Positions 19,645 through 28,897 are shown, counted from the stretch's first letter. The stretch: 64,000 nt of DNA from an uncultured Gammaproteobacteria bacterium (GCA_964609895.1 CAZSTG010000002.1:3362-67361), one strand, 5' to 3'. Notes: generated by a model from the sequence alone, not told the origin. A program made the numbers and translations.

Positions 19645-20820
19645 ATGATACGTTTAGGTATTATTAATTCCAACTATGTCACGATAAGCAAAGGGACAAA
19701 AAAGGGCACTGAAATCTTCAGTTATATTCTCATTCGGAATCTTGCGCGCCAAGCCAAACGATACAATCTGCATATGACCGCATTTGCATCGGGCGATTCC
19801 GTGCTTCCGGTGAAGCTGTTGAGCGTCAATTACCAGTCTTCTTTAAAAGACCATGATATCGGAGAGCGGCATCATAAGACGTATGAACTTGCACTTCTTT
19901 CCAAGGCATTTAACATGCAGGAGGAGTTCGATTTATATCATGTCAATATCGGCAATGGAGATTCTGTTCTTCCCTTTGCCCCATTTGTGAAAAAACCCAT
20001 TCTAGTGACCATGCATGGAAGTTTTCTTGAGGAGAATTACAACAAAAAATATTTGTCATTGTTTAATAATCTGTCGAATGTGTATTTTGTGTCTCTTTCT
20101 TCGGCGCAGCGTCTGCCACTTCCGCATTTGAACTATATTACTACGATTCCGCACGGGATAGACATAAAACGGAATTGGAAATTTGATCCAGCCGGTGGAA
20201 AACACATGATATGGGCGGGGCGTGCCATAAAAGAAAAGGGCATCAATGAGCTGCCCATTATCGCCAAAAAAGTCCGGAAAACCATAGAAGCGTATCCCAT
20301 GGTGAAACAGGATTCGCCGAAATGGATCCAGGAGCTGGTTGAACGTCGTCGTCGGCCGATTGCCTTTTTTAACGTGAATGAGCCGGTCAACCGTCATGAT
20401 CTTGGGGCAAAATATCAGAAAAGCAAAATGTTGCTTTTTCCGATTCAGTGGGAAGAACCGTTCGGTTATGTTGTAATAGAAGCCCTTGCAAGCGGCACGC
20501 CGGTTATTGCATACGCACGGGGGTCGGTGCCTGAAATTATTGAAGATGGGGTGACAGGATTCATCATTAATCCGACACCTTCCGAAAAGAAAGGCGATTT
20601 TCTTATCAAAAAGACCGGCATTGACGGATTTTCGGAGGCCATTGAACGGATTTATGCGATGCCAGATGGAGAATACCGGCGTATGCGCAGAGCATGCCGG
20701 CAAAAAGCGGAAACCTGTTTTGCCGTGCAGACCATGATCAAACGCTATATAGAAACATACAAAAATGTGCTTCTTGACTGGAAAAAGAAGCAAGTGGCAT
20801 TTCGGAGGAAAGTACGGTAG
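19645..20820 (+). CDS. Family 4 glycosyltransferase
   Basis: The EPFGYVVIEALASGTPVIAYARGSVPEIIEDGVTGF GT-B nucleotide-sugar binding motif is present. Confidence 0.8.
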   Translation: MIRLGIINSNYVTISKGTKKGTEIFSYILIRNLARQAKRYNLHMTAFASGDSVLPVKLLSVNYQSSLKDHDIGERHHKTYELALLSKAFNMQEEFDLYHVNIGNGDSVLPFAPFVKKPILVTMHGSFLEENYNKKYLSLFNNLSNVYFVSLSSAQRLPLPHLNYITTIPHGIDIKRNWKFDPAGGKHMIWAGRAIKEKGINELPIIAKKVRKTIEAYPMVKQDSPKWIQELVERRRRPIAFFNVNEPVNRHDLGAKYQKSKMLLFPIQWEEPFGYVVIEALASGTPVIAYARGSVPEIIEDGVTGFIINPTPSEKKGDFLIKKTGIDGFSEAIERIYAMPDGEYRRMRRACRQKAETCFAVQTMIKRYIETYKNVLLDWKKKQVAFRRKVR

Positions 20821-20829
20821 AATACCATC

Positions 20830-21174
20830 ATGGCGAATACACCTTTTCATGAACATAAATTGTGGCAGGATGCGTATGTTGGTTTGATGGACGTCCATGA
20901 AGCATTTGATAGCCAAAAAGACGGCGACAATGAAGAAATCGCCGAACAAGTGTTGGATAGCGCAACTGATGTCACAGCAAAGATTGCCGATGGGTTGTCA
21001 CGTCTTGATAGACGGTTTGGACGACAAATTTTGATGGATACCATTGGACTCATTGCTGTGGTGAGAACACATCTTGCTGTTGCATGGGGCAGAGGGTTGG
21101 TCGATGATGAGTTGTTCCGTGCACTGGATGGGAAATACGACACCTTAGGCGTCGCACTTCAGAACCTCCGGTAA
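20830..21174 (+). CDS. Hypothetical protein
   Basis: ORF with no motif. A REP element follows immediately. Confidence 0.4.
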   Translation: MANTPFHEHKLWQDAYVGLMDVHEAFDSQKDGDNEEIAEQVLDSATDVTAKIADGLSRLDRRFGRQILMDTIGLIAVVRTHLAVAWGRGLVDDELFRALDGKYDTLGVALQNLR

Positions 21175-21180
21175 CCATCT

Positions 21181-21234
21181 GGAGAGGGTCTGACCCTCTC
21201 TTTTTTGAAGCTACGCGAGGGTCTGACCCTCTCC
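21181..21234. repeat. REP doublet (type-B spacer)
   Basis: ggagagggtctgaccctctcttttttgaagctacgcgagggtctgaccctctcc. Confidence 0.85.
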
Positions 21235-21274
21235 GGCATTTGCTTCCTACCTTTATTGTTTTTATACTAGGTGT

Positions 21275-21721
21275 ATGACCGTCTTTCTTGGTGCAGATCA
21301 TAAGGGGTTTCAGTTAAAAGAAGTATTGAAACCGTATGTGACTTCTTTGGGATACACCGTCGTTGACTGTGGTAATGCCGTATTCGATCCTCACGATGAC
21401 TATCCGGATTTTGCATTTGCTGTTGCCAAGGAGGTCATGAAGCTTCCTGAATCGCTTGGTATTGTTATATGTGGGTCTGGCGCTGGTGTATCCATTGCTG
21501 TTAATAAAATTGATGGCATCAGAGCAACACTTGCAGTGACGCCTGAACAAGTGCATGATGCTAAAAGTGATGATGATGTGAATGTGATTGCACTTGCAAG
21601 TGATTATCTTGATGAGGAGCAGGCAAAAGCAATTGTTTCCATGTTTTTGAAAACTCCATTTGATCCGCAGGAACGGTTTGTTCGTCGGATTAATAAAATT
21701 ATCGCGAAAGAACAGGAATAA
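21275..21721 (+). CDS. rpiB: Ribose-5-phosphate isomerase B
   Basis: The RpiB/LacAB fold is recognisable from ADHKGF...CGSGAGVSIAVNKIDGIRA and the ORF is 148 aa. Confidence 0.85.
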   Translation: MTVFLGADHKGFQLKEVLKPYVTSLGYTVVDCGNAVFDPHDDYPDFAFAVAKEVMKLPESLGIVICGSGAGVSIAVNKIDGIRATLAVTPEQVHDAKSDDDVNVIALASDYLDEEQAKAIVSMFLKTPFDPQERFVRRINKIIAKEQE

Positions 21722-22099
21722 TTATGTGCGTGCGGGGAGTGCATCAATAATCTTCGCAAGCCCTGCAAAACCTGTCGGACTTGCATCAATAAAAATAGGT
21801 GCTTTTTTTGGAAATTCGTTGATGGAAAATCCAACAACTGGCACGTCAGGCTGTTTTTCTTGCGCTAAATTGGCTAACTCAATGCCTTCTGATCCGTCTT
21901 TGATCCATGGACTGATGTTTGCATCGATGATGAGCGCATCAACATCTTCTGGTAAATGATTAATCAATTGTTTACCTTCTTCCATGGTTTCCACCACGTG
22001 CGCAACTCTATGTCCGCCTTTCGTTAAATGGTGGCGCATTAGGTCGATATTTGTTTGGTCGTCTTCAATGATAGCGATAGTAGCGCGTTCAGGACACAT
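21722..22099 (-). CDS. Stand-alone response-regulator receiver domain protein
   Basis: IAIIEDDQTNIDLM...ALIIDANI matches a CheY-like receiver with acidic pocket and phospho-Asp context. No output domain follows. Confidence 0.65.
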   Translation of the reverse strand: MCPERATIAIIEDDQTNIDLMRHHLTKGGHRVAHVVETMEEGKQLINHLPEDVDALIIDANISPWIKDGSEGIELANLAQEKQPDVPVVGFSINEFPKKAPIFIDASPTGFAGLAKIIDALPART

Positions 22100-22205
22100 A
22101 GATGTTTTTATATTTTTCTATCCTACCTGAATACCCATTCACTTGTATAGAGAGCATTTTTTCTTCTTGCATGTTTTGCGGCAATCCTGAATACTTATAA
22201 GTGTT

Positions 22206-22856
22206 ATGGAAATCATTGCAGGAATTCTGGAAACGGATGTTAAAGAGCTTGAGCGGAAAGCGACACTTGCCGTCGCGCACGTGGACGCATTACAGATAGA
22301 TATCGGAGACAACACAATTTTTCCCTGCAAGACGGTGCATGACATCGCCTTGCTTGCTCCTGCGGTCGAACGCCTTGTCAAGGCGGGAACGAAAATGGAA
22401 GCACATCTCATGGTCGCCAAGCCGGATGAATATCTGGCGGCGCTTGCGGAGGCGGGTTTTACCCGTGTGGTTGCCCACGTTGAATGTCACGATCCGCGCG
22501 AGTTTTTGGCGGAAGCGCGGACACATGAGTTCGAAGTGGGGCTCGCGATCGATGTGGATACGGAATTTGAGGCACTCGAACCATTTCTTGAGGAGGTTGA
22601 TTTCGTATTGGTGATGACCGTCGAGGCGGGGGCGAGCGGGAATATGTTTGAAGAAGCAGCAGTTGAAAAGATTAAGACAATTCACCGCAACTTGCCTGAT
22701 GTGCCTATCGAGGTAGATGGCGGAATGACGCCGGATACAGTAAAAATGGTGACGGAAGCTGGTGCGACTCGGATTGTGTCAACAAGCTATCTTTTTAAAA
22801 ATGAACAGGATATTGCTTCGGCCGTCGATGCGCTAAAATCCGCGCAACAGGGATGA
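22206..22856 (+). CDS. Ribulose-phosphate 3-epimerase-family (TIM-barrel) protein
   Basis: The C-terminal IEVDGGMTPDTV...AGATRIVSTSYLF matches the Rpe phosphate-binding end. The N-terminal metal ligands are diverged. Confidence 0.6.
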   Translation: MEIIAGILETDVKELERKATLAVAHVDALQIDIGDNTIFPCKTVHDIALLAPAVERLVKAGTKMEAHLMVAKPDEYLAALAEAGFTRVVAHVECHDPREFLAEARTHEFEVGLAIDVDTEFEALEPFLEEVDFVLVMTVEAGASGNMFEEAAVEKIKTIHRNLPDVPIEVDGGMTPDTVKMVTEAGATRIVSTSYLFKNEQDIASAVDALKSAQQG

Positions 22857-22882
22857 AGAGGTAGTGTATACTGATACTACAT

Positions 22883-24808
22883 ATGCTGCTTCCTGCCATT
22901 AAAAAACTTTCCAATCGGTTGCGTTTTGATGTTCTCTCGATGACGACTACCGCGGGTAGCGGTCATCCGACTTCATCACTTTCCGCTGTTGAGCTGATGG
23001 CGATGCTGTATTTCAAGTATTTGAGGCTTGATACAGATAATCCGAAAAACCTTTCCAATGACCGTGTTATTTTTTCAAAAGGCCACGCATCGCCGCTTCT
23101 GTATGCACTCTTTCATGTTGCGGGAATTATTTCGGACAAAGAACTTGGCGACTATCGTCAGTTTGGAAGTGTACTAGAAGGACATCCAACGCCACGATTT
23201 CCATTTGCAGATATCGCAACGGGCTCTTTGGGTCAGGGACTTGCGATAGGACTGGGCGAAGCGCTTGCAGGAGCACCGCGCGTGTTTGTGTTGTTAGGTG
23301 ACGGGGAACTGTCAGAAGGCGCCATTTGGGAAGCAGTGATGGCTGCGGGATATCATAAAACACAGAACCTCATTGCACTTGCTGATATTAATGCACTCGA
23401 ACAATCAGGTGGTACGATGGACGCATGGGATACGGAAGCGTATCGCAAACGATTTGAAGCATTTGGATGGGCAGCAATTGTGGTTGATGGCCATGATCTA
23501 AAAATGCTTGATACAGCGTACCAAAAGGCAATTGATTATCGTGGTGGACCAACTATTATTCTTGCCAAAACAAACAAAGGACACGGCATATCGTTTTTAC
23601 AAAATAAACATGGGTGGCATGGGAAAGTGCTTTCCAAGGAACTGCTTGTGAAAGCGCTTGCAGAACTGGGTGATGTCGACACATCATTTGAAGGGATTAT
23701 CAAAAAACCTGAGAGCACCAAAGAACACGCGATGACAAGACGCGATGATGCATTTGTACGGAAGAACACAGTATATGAAAAACCGACAACAACGCGTGAG
23801 GGGTTTGGAAAAGCGCTCGTGCGACTTGGTACGCGGGACACCCACATGATGGTGTTGGATGGAGATTTGGAGAAGTCTACGTACACACAGTTGTTTCATG
23901 AAGCATTTCCGAAACAGTTTTTCGAGTGTCATATTGCAGAACAACTTATGGTTGGTATTGCTGCAGGTATGGCTATTTGTGGGAAGTATCCTGTCATTTC
24001 TTCCTATGGGAGTTTTCTCACACGTGCCTTTGATCAACTCAGAATGGCAGCACTCTCTGGCATGTCCCTGATGGTCAATGGATCGCATGGAGGCGTGTCC
24101 GTTGGTCCAGATGGCGCGTCACAAATGGGACTTGAGGATATTGCGTTGTTTCGAACACTGCCAAACTCTATCGTTTTAAGTCCTGCAGATGCGGTATCAG
24201 CCGAAAAACTGACCGAATGTATTTATGGGTATGACGGCATTGCCTATATCAGAACAACCCGTCCGAATCTGCCGATACTATATGACGGGAAAACGGAATT
24301 TGCAATCGGCGGCAGTCACGTGTTTACAGAAACAAACATGCACCGTGCTGGAAATAAAACTGGCAGTTCCACCAAGCCCGTCACTTCGCTTCCCACAAAA
24401 TCAAAGCTTAGCTTTGAAAAGATTGTGACGATTATCGCAACGGGTGTGACCGTACATGAAGCACTGAAAGCACAAAAAGAATTAGAAGCCAGCGGCACGC
24501 CAACACGCGTCATTGATTGTTATAGCATCAAACCGATTGATGCGCAAGCAATTCGAAATGCGGCGGCTGTATCCAAACAACTGATTATTGTGGAGGATCA
24601 TTATCCTGAAGGCGGGTTAGGCGAGGCAGTATTTACCGCACTTTCAGGCACAAATTCGGAGAGGGTCAGACCCTCGCAGGGTCAGACCCTCCAGATGAAT
24701 AGTACGCATTTAGCCGTGTATAAACAGCCGATGTCGGGAACTGCGGAAGAACTGCTCCGATATGAAGAGATTGATGCAACGGCAATAATTAGGAATGCGA
24801 TAGTATAA
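22883..24808 (+). CDS. tkt: Transketolase (full length, TPP-, Pyr- and C-terminal domains)
   Basis: SGHPTSSLS...FSKGHASPLLYA...GSLGQGL...VLLGDGELSEGAIWEA is the TPP-binding N-domain. HIAEQLMVGIAAGMA is the Pyr domain and GGLGEAV the C-domain. A REP element lies in frame near the 3' end. Confidence 0.9.
   Translation: MLLPAIKKLSNRLRFDVLSMTTTAGSGHPTSSLSAVELMAMLYFKYLRLDTDNPKNLSNDRVIFSKGHASPLLYALFHVAGIISDKELGDYRQFGSVLEGHPTPRFPFADIATGSLGQGLAIGLGEALAGAPRVFVLLGDGELSEGAIWEAVMAAGYHKTQNLIALADINALEQSGGTMDAWDTEAYRKRFEAFGWAAIVVDGHDLKMLDTAYQKAIDYRGGPTIILAKTNKGHGISFLQNKHGWHGKVLSKELLVKALAELGDVDTSFEGIIKKPESTKEHAMTRRDDAFVRKNTVYEKPTTTREGFGKALVRLGTRDTHMMVLDGDLEKSTYTQLFHEAFPKQFFECHIAEQLMVGIAAGMAICGKYPVISSYGSFLTRAFDQLRMAALSGMSLMVNGSHGGVSVGPDGASQMGLEDIALFRTLPNSIVLSPADAVSAEKLTECIYGYDGIAYIRTTRPNLPILYDGKTEFAIGGSHVFTETNMHRAGNKTGSSTKPVTSLPTKSKLSFEKIVTIIATGVTVHEALKAQKELEASGTPTRVIDCYSIKPIDAQAIRNAAAVSKQLIIVEDHYPEGGLGEAVFTALSGTNSERVRPSQGQTLQMNSTHLAVYKQPMSGTAEELLRYEEIDATAIIRNAIV
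24658..24692. repeat. Truncated REP pair inserted in frame within transketolase C-terminal domain
   Basis: ggagagggtcagaccctcgcagggtcagaccctcc is translated as SERVRPSQGQTLQ in the tkt frame. Confidence 0.8.
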
Positions 24809-24813
24809 TAGGG

Positions 24814-25152
24814 GTGCGTATGGGAAAATCAGAAAAGCCTTTTCCAGTTGCGCCTTCGCCGCTTCAAACGCCTGAACAACTGACTCCATTTAAGGAAATT
24901 ATGCGGTATCTCGGTCAATATGGGACAGATATTACTGAGTCCCTTCATGGAGGTATAAAGATAACAGAACACACGCCCGAAGGGGATATTACGAGTATCG
25001 TCGGCGAGGTGGATGATGATCTTCCGGAAAAACTGCCAGAAGAAATTCTTTTCAGTTCATTGTCCGAAGGTGCACAAAAACTTTATTTCCGGCTTGAAAA
25101 AGAGGGAAAGGTGCCAAAATTGCGATCACACGAAGCTTCAGAAGGTATATAA
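24814..25152 (+). CDS. Hypothetical acidic protein
   Basis: ORF only. Confidence 0.35.
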   Translation: MRMGKSEKPFPVAPSPLQTPEQLTPFKEIMRYLGQYGTDITESLHGGIKITEHTPEGDITSIVGEVDDDLPEKLPEEILFSSLSEGAQKLYFRLEKEGKVPKLRSHEASEGI

Positions 25153-25161
25153 TGAACGCTT

Positions 25162-26172
25162 ATGTATACCCACGCTGTGTGTGGCGGAACATTTGATCAT
25201 TTCCATAGCGGACATGCCGCTCTGCTTACTCGTGCGTTTCATCTTGCCGGTCGCGTCACTATCGGCATTACCACAGACATCTATGTTCGGCAAAATAAAT
25301 ATGATGAAGAGCGTATGTCTGGTGTTGCCTGTCCATCCTGTTCATCACCTCCTATACAGTCATTTGCCAAGCGGAAACAACAGATAACAGTATGGTTGCG
25401 TGATCGGGGATTATCTGATCGTGCAACTCTTGTCCCGATTGACGACGTGTACGGTCCGACCATTCAAAAAAAAGCCGGTGCGCAGTCCATGGATGTTATT
25501 ATCGTATCTTCTGATACCCACGCCGGTGCATGTAGTATTAATGAAAAACGGAAACAACTCGGGCTTCCTGTTTTAGCTCTTCAGATTATTCCTATGGTGC
25601 CGGCGCAGGATACCAGACCGATATCAGCAACCCGTATCCGAAAACACGAAATTGATACGGAGGGGAGGTTAGTGCTGCCTGACAGCATGCGAAGTGAACT
25701 CGCTGTTCCGTTTGGAGCGGTAGTGAGGGATGCAGATGTGCGATCCGTAATCAAGAAAGATCGTGATGCACTGGTTATTGCCGTCGGAGATAAAACAACG
25801 AAACGACTGGTGCAACACGGCCTTGTGCCGTCGCTTGCCATTATTGACATGCAGGTGGAACGCCAGCCGTATATGTGGGAAAAAGCATTGTGGGACATGT
25901 TGCCGGCGTCAAAAAAAGAGTTTGTCAGCGGTCCAGGGTATATTGGCACATCTGTTGTTGCTGCGCTTGCGGCTTGGTCAACAAATCCCGAGCCAACCTT
26001 GTTTGTGATTGAAGGGGAAGAGGATTTACTGGTATTGCCTGTTATTGCACAAGCGCCGCACAACGCGGTTGTGTATTATGGACAACCTGGGGTTGGTATG
26101 GTGCGGGTTGTGGTGACGAACGAGAAAAAAAAGATGGTAAGAGCGATTCTTACTCGTTTTTTGATTCCGTAA
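25162..26172 (+). CDS. Phosphopantetheine adenylyltransferase-like nucleotidyltransferase fused to a C-terminal ~170-aa domain (possibly DUF359/GTP-dependent dephospho-CoA kinase-like)
   Basis: N-terminal CGGTFDHFHSGH (archaeal-type HxGH nucleotidyltransferase) and ISATRIR (ISSTxIR-like) motifs are present. The C-terminal half is unassigned by eye. Confidence 0.55.
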   Translation: MYTHAVCGGTFDHFHSGHAALLTRAFHLAGRVTIGITTDIYVRQNKYDEERMSGVACPSCSSPPIQSFAKRKQQITVWLRDRGLSDRATLVPIDDVYGPTIQKKAGAQSMDVIIVSSDTHAGACSINEKRKQLGLPVLALQIIPMVPAQDTRPISATRIRKHEIDTEGRLVLPDSMRSELAVPFGAVVRDADVRSVIKKDRDALVIAVGDKTTKRLVQHGLVPSLAIIDMQVERQPYMWEKALWDMLPASKKEFVSGPGYIGTSVVAALAAWSTNPEPTLFVIEGEEDLLVLPVIAQAPHNAVVYYGQPGVGMVRVVVTNEKKKMVRAILTRFLIP

Positions 26173-26188
26173 TATGCTTCTCAGTTTT

Positions 26189-26554
26189 TTAATTTAAAGG
26201 GGAGTCTATCGCTTTCAGGCAAACTTGGCTTTCCACACAATACACATTGTCCGTGTTTTTTACAGGTATTTTTTCACCGACAATAACAGAGGTGTTTGGC
26301 AATAAAGGGACTTCTTCGAGTGGTGTATCATTTTTTGTTCGTACATAGGCTATGTGCGTTTCCTCTTCCCAATGAATTGTTAACGGTGAGTTTGCATTTG
26401 GTTTACTTGTACAACTCCGAGTGAGTGTTTCTATAAGATCGGATCCGTTTGGATTTGGACGCCTTATTTCAAGAGGTGACATGGATGTAAGTATAGCGAC
26501 ATGTGGATTTTTTGCAATTTTTTGTCTTGACACTCGTTGTCTAATACGTGACAC
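26189..26554 (-). CDS. Hypothetical protein
   Basis: ORF divergent from the galT-like gene. Confidence 0.3.
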   Translation of the reverse strand: MSRIRQRVSRQKIAKNPHVAILTSMSPLEIRRPNPNGSDLIETLTRSCTSKPNANSPLTIHWEEETHIAYVRTKNDTPLEEVPLLPNTSVIVGEKIPVKNTDNVYCVESQVCLKAIDSPLN

Positions 26555-27414
26555 TTAGATATATGGCAATGTATGTTCCTGATTGTAAAACCCAAAGGTG
26601 GGTCATTATTTCTCCTGCAAGAAGCGATCGTCCGACGGTGGCGCAAAAACCCGACGTATATCATGTTTGCCCGTTTTGTGCGGGTAATGAACAAGACACG
26701 CCACCGGAGGTGTACCGGTTGGGGATAGGAGCACCGGACACTGCAGGATGGGAAGTGCGGGTCGTGCCAAACAAATACACCATCACTGATATTCATGAAG
26801 TGATCATTCATTCTCCTAGCTGTACGGATGATGTGGATACATTGCCGGTTGAGCAGGTACGGAAAATATTTTTTGTCTACAGAGACAGATATCGTGCACA
26901 TGAGACGGACGGGCAGGTGCTGATTTTCTGCAATCACGGGGCAACTGCGGGAGCAAGTCTCAAACATCCGCATAGCCAACTCGTGGTTATCCCGAATCAG
27001 ATTAATCTGGATTCGTTGACCATTGAACCGTTCAAAAATATTGTCGAAGAATCTGCACATTATGTTACCTATTGTCCAGATTTTTCTCAGTGGCCGTTTG
27101 AAACGTGGATTGCGCCGAAAACTGCAGGAAAAAAATTCAGTGAAGTGACCGACAGTGAACTTCCGGAGCTTGCATCTTGTGTAAGCAGGGCGCTGCGGAA
27201 GATAAGCAGTGCATTAAAAGGCCATGAACTGCGGTTTAAACAGGCAAATGAGCCTTTTGTATTCAATTACTATATCTATCATGGAAAAGATTGGTTTATC
27301 CGTATTATTCCGCGTTCCATTCATAGAGCGGGCTTTGAACTCGGAACAGGTTTGAATGTCAACGTTATCGATCCTGTGGATGCTGCAAAGGTGTTGCAAA
27401 AAGTGGCGGTTTGA
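26548..27414 (+). CDS. Galactose-1-phosphate uridylyltransferase-family (HIT-like) enzyme
   Basis: CPFCAGNE (zinc-binding CxxC) and KHPHSQLVVIP (HxHxQ nucleotidyl-His motif) are present. Confidence 0.8.
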   Translation: MTLRYMAMYVPDCKTQRWVIISPARSDRPTVAQKPDVYHVCPFCAGNEQDTPPEVYRLGIGAPDTAGWEVRVVPNKYTITDIHEVIIHSPSCTDDVDTLPVEQVRKIFFVYRDRYRAHETDGQVLIFCNHGATAGASLKHPHSQLVVIPNQINLDSLTIEPFKNIVEESAHYVTYCPDFSQWPFETWIAPKTAGKKFSEVTDSELPELASCVSRALRKISSALKGHELRFKQANEPFVFNYYIYHGKDWFIRIIPRSIHRAGFELGTGLNVNVIDPVDAAKVLQKVAV

Positions 27415-27691
27415 CCCCTGAATGGTCAACGATGAGCGTTTCGTGGTTTTTCCATGGAAACATTTTCATTTCCCCCTGTAGTACACGTCCTACGATGTCA
27501 TTGTGAATCGTGCCTGACGTTGTGTCATAGAGCGTGACACATCCTATTGGTGTTGCACCATGAATTGCCAGAATGTTGTTTTCCGGTGATTGCAGCGATG
27601 TGTGGTTTTCAGTATCAGACACTGTACCAACTGGAAAACCTAATCGTTCCGGATGATCCGTTGGTTTGATGTAAATATATGCTTCCGTCAT
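27365..27691 (-). CDS. Hypothetical protein
   Basis: ORF in tandem with 27712..28080. Confidence 0.35.
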   Translation of the reverse strand: MTEAYIYIKPTDHPERLGFPVGTVSDTENHTSLQSPENNILAIHGATPIGCVTLYDTTSGTIHNDIVGRVLQGEMKMFPWKNHETLIVDHSGVKPPLFATPLQHPQDR

Positions 27692-27711
27692 GGGAGTGCG
27701 CTCTGTTTTTG

Positions 27712-28080
27712 TTATGATCCTTTGATGAAAATGCCAGGAATATTTGTATATTGATCATGCGCATCAAGTTGGGCATGATGGGCGCCTTGGTAATCATAGA
27801 TAGTGCCACCTTGTCCAGATTTTTGGGCATCAATTTGGAGATTATATGATTGTCCATTTCCGTGTTCTAAGACAAGGGTTGCGAGTTCGTTAGCGAATGT
27901 AATGTTTTGATTAATTCGTTCATCATCAGAAAACGGAAGTGGCGTGTGGTTTAGTTTTGTGCAACGACGTGATGCATCCCAATTAAGACGAAATACGTTG
28001 GGATTTATTTCAACATTTATTGTCATAGCACCCCAAATACGGATTACACCTGTCCTTTTTGTTGGAGTCCCAATAGCCAC
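27712..28080 (-). CDS. Hypothetical protein
   Basis: ORF only. Confidence 0.35.
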   Translation of the reverse strand: MAIGTPTKRTGVIRIWGAMTINVEINPNVFRLNWDASRRCTKLNHTPLPFSDDERINQNITFANELATLVLEHGNGQSYNLQIDAQKSGQGGTIYDYQGAHHAQLDAHDQYTNIPGIFIKGS

Positions 28081-28244
28081 ATGACCGCTTCTTTTTTGTA
28101 GCGTCTGTCACCTCTGGAATTGATGCGAATTGCAGGTAGCTTGCCCCGTTTACCCCAACGTTTGATTGTAAGAGGGGAAACACGCAAAATTTTTGCGACT
28201 TCCTTTACAGTTAATAAATCTGGCCATTCATCACCCATTGCCAT
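28044..28244 (-). CDS. Small excisionase/MerR-type helix-turn-helix DNA-binding protein
   Basis: LLTVKEVAKILRVSPLTIKRWGKRGKLPAIRI matches the HTH_17/excisionase-family pattern. Confidence 0.6.
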   Translation of the reverse strand: MAMGDEWPDLLTVKEVAKILRVSPLTIKRWGKRGKLPAIRINSRGDRRYKKEAVMWLLGLQQKGQV

Positions 28245-28408
28245 AGGATCTCCTTTTTTTCCGGGCAAGGAAACGTATATATGTATCGTTTGCAGTCAAA
28301 CAATATCATGTGATGTCGGACATTGTCAATGGATGAAAATGTTTTGTGGATAAGTTGTGTGGTAAAAAATATTTTGCGACGTGAAAAAAGAATTTTTCTT
28401 TTTTGCAA

Positions 28409-28437
28409 CAAAAAATCCCCCAAAGGGGGACTTTTTG
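28409..28437. terminator. Bidirectional rho-independent terminator (aaaaaa-TCCCCC-aaa-GGGGGA-cttttt) downstream of rplL
   Basis: A perfect 6-bp GC stem is flanked by A- and T-runs. Confidence 0.75.
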
Positions 28438-28513
28438 TATATACTCTTTACTTCTTTCGTGAAAAATTACTCGAGCATTTGTCCCGACTGAGTCGGGATC
28501 TCGAATATATTTT

Positions 28514-28897
28514 TTACTTGAGCTCGGCTTTTGCACCGGCAGCTTCAAGTTTTTTCTTTGCTTCTTCTGCTGTGCTCTTGTTGACACCTGTTAAGACTTC
28601 TTTCGGAGCAGACTCAACGAGTGTTTTTGCTTCTACAAGTCCAAGTGTTGGAACGAGTTCACGGACTGCTTTGATTGCACCAATTTTGTTGGCGCCTGCA
28701 TCTGTGATAACAACATCAAACACTGTTTGTTCTTCTTTTGCTTCACCTTCGGCTGCTGCTGCAGGTCCTGCTGCTACTGCGACAGGTGCTGCGGAAACGC
28801 CGAATTTTTCTTCAAGTGCTTTTACCAAATCGGAAAGTTCAAGAACGGTCATTTCTTCAACTGCCGACAAGATTTCGTCTTTTGTAAGTTTTGCCAT
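28514..28897 (-). CDS. rplL: 50S ribosomal protein L7/L12
   Basis: [34 protein letters not shown]...[17 protein letters not shown]. Confidence 0.95.
   Translation of the reverse strand: MAKLTKDEILSAVEEMTVLELSDLVKALEEKFGVSAAPVAVAAGPAAAAEGEAKEEQTVFDVVITDAGANKIGAIKAVRELVPTLGLVEAKTLVESAPKEVLTGVNKSTAEEAKKKLEAAGAKAELK

Noticed and set aside
20056-20949. 297-aa minus-strand ORF
   Set aside because: It is antisense to the GT4 gene 19645-20820, which carries the canonical EX7E-region motif.
26464-27060. 198-aa minus-strand ORF (and 26189-26554 neighbour overlap) antisense to the galT-like gene
   Set aside because: The plus-strand frame carries the unmistakable CPFCAGNE and HPHSQ GalT motifs. The antisense ORF has no motif and an odd Cys/His-rich composition typical of shadow ORFs.
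28440-28510. Hairpin TCCCGACtgaGTCGGGA just downstream of rplL as its terminator
   Set aside because: No adjacent U-run lies on the rplL strand. The stronger bidirectional TCCCCC/GGGGGA hairpin with A/T runs at 28409-28437 is the more likely terminator.
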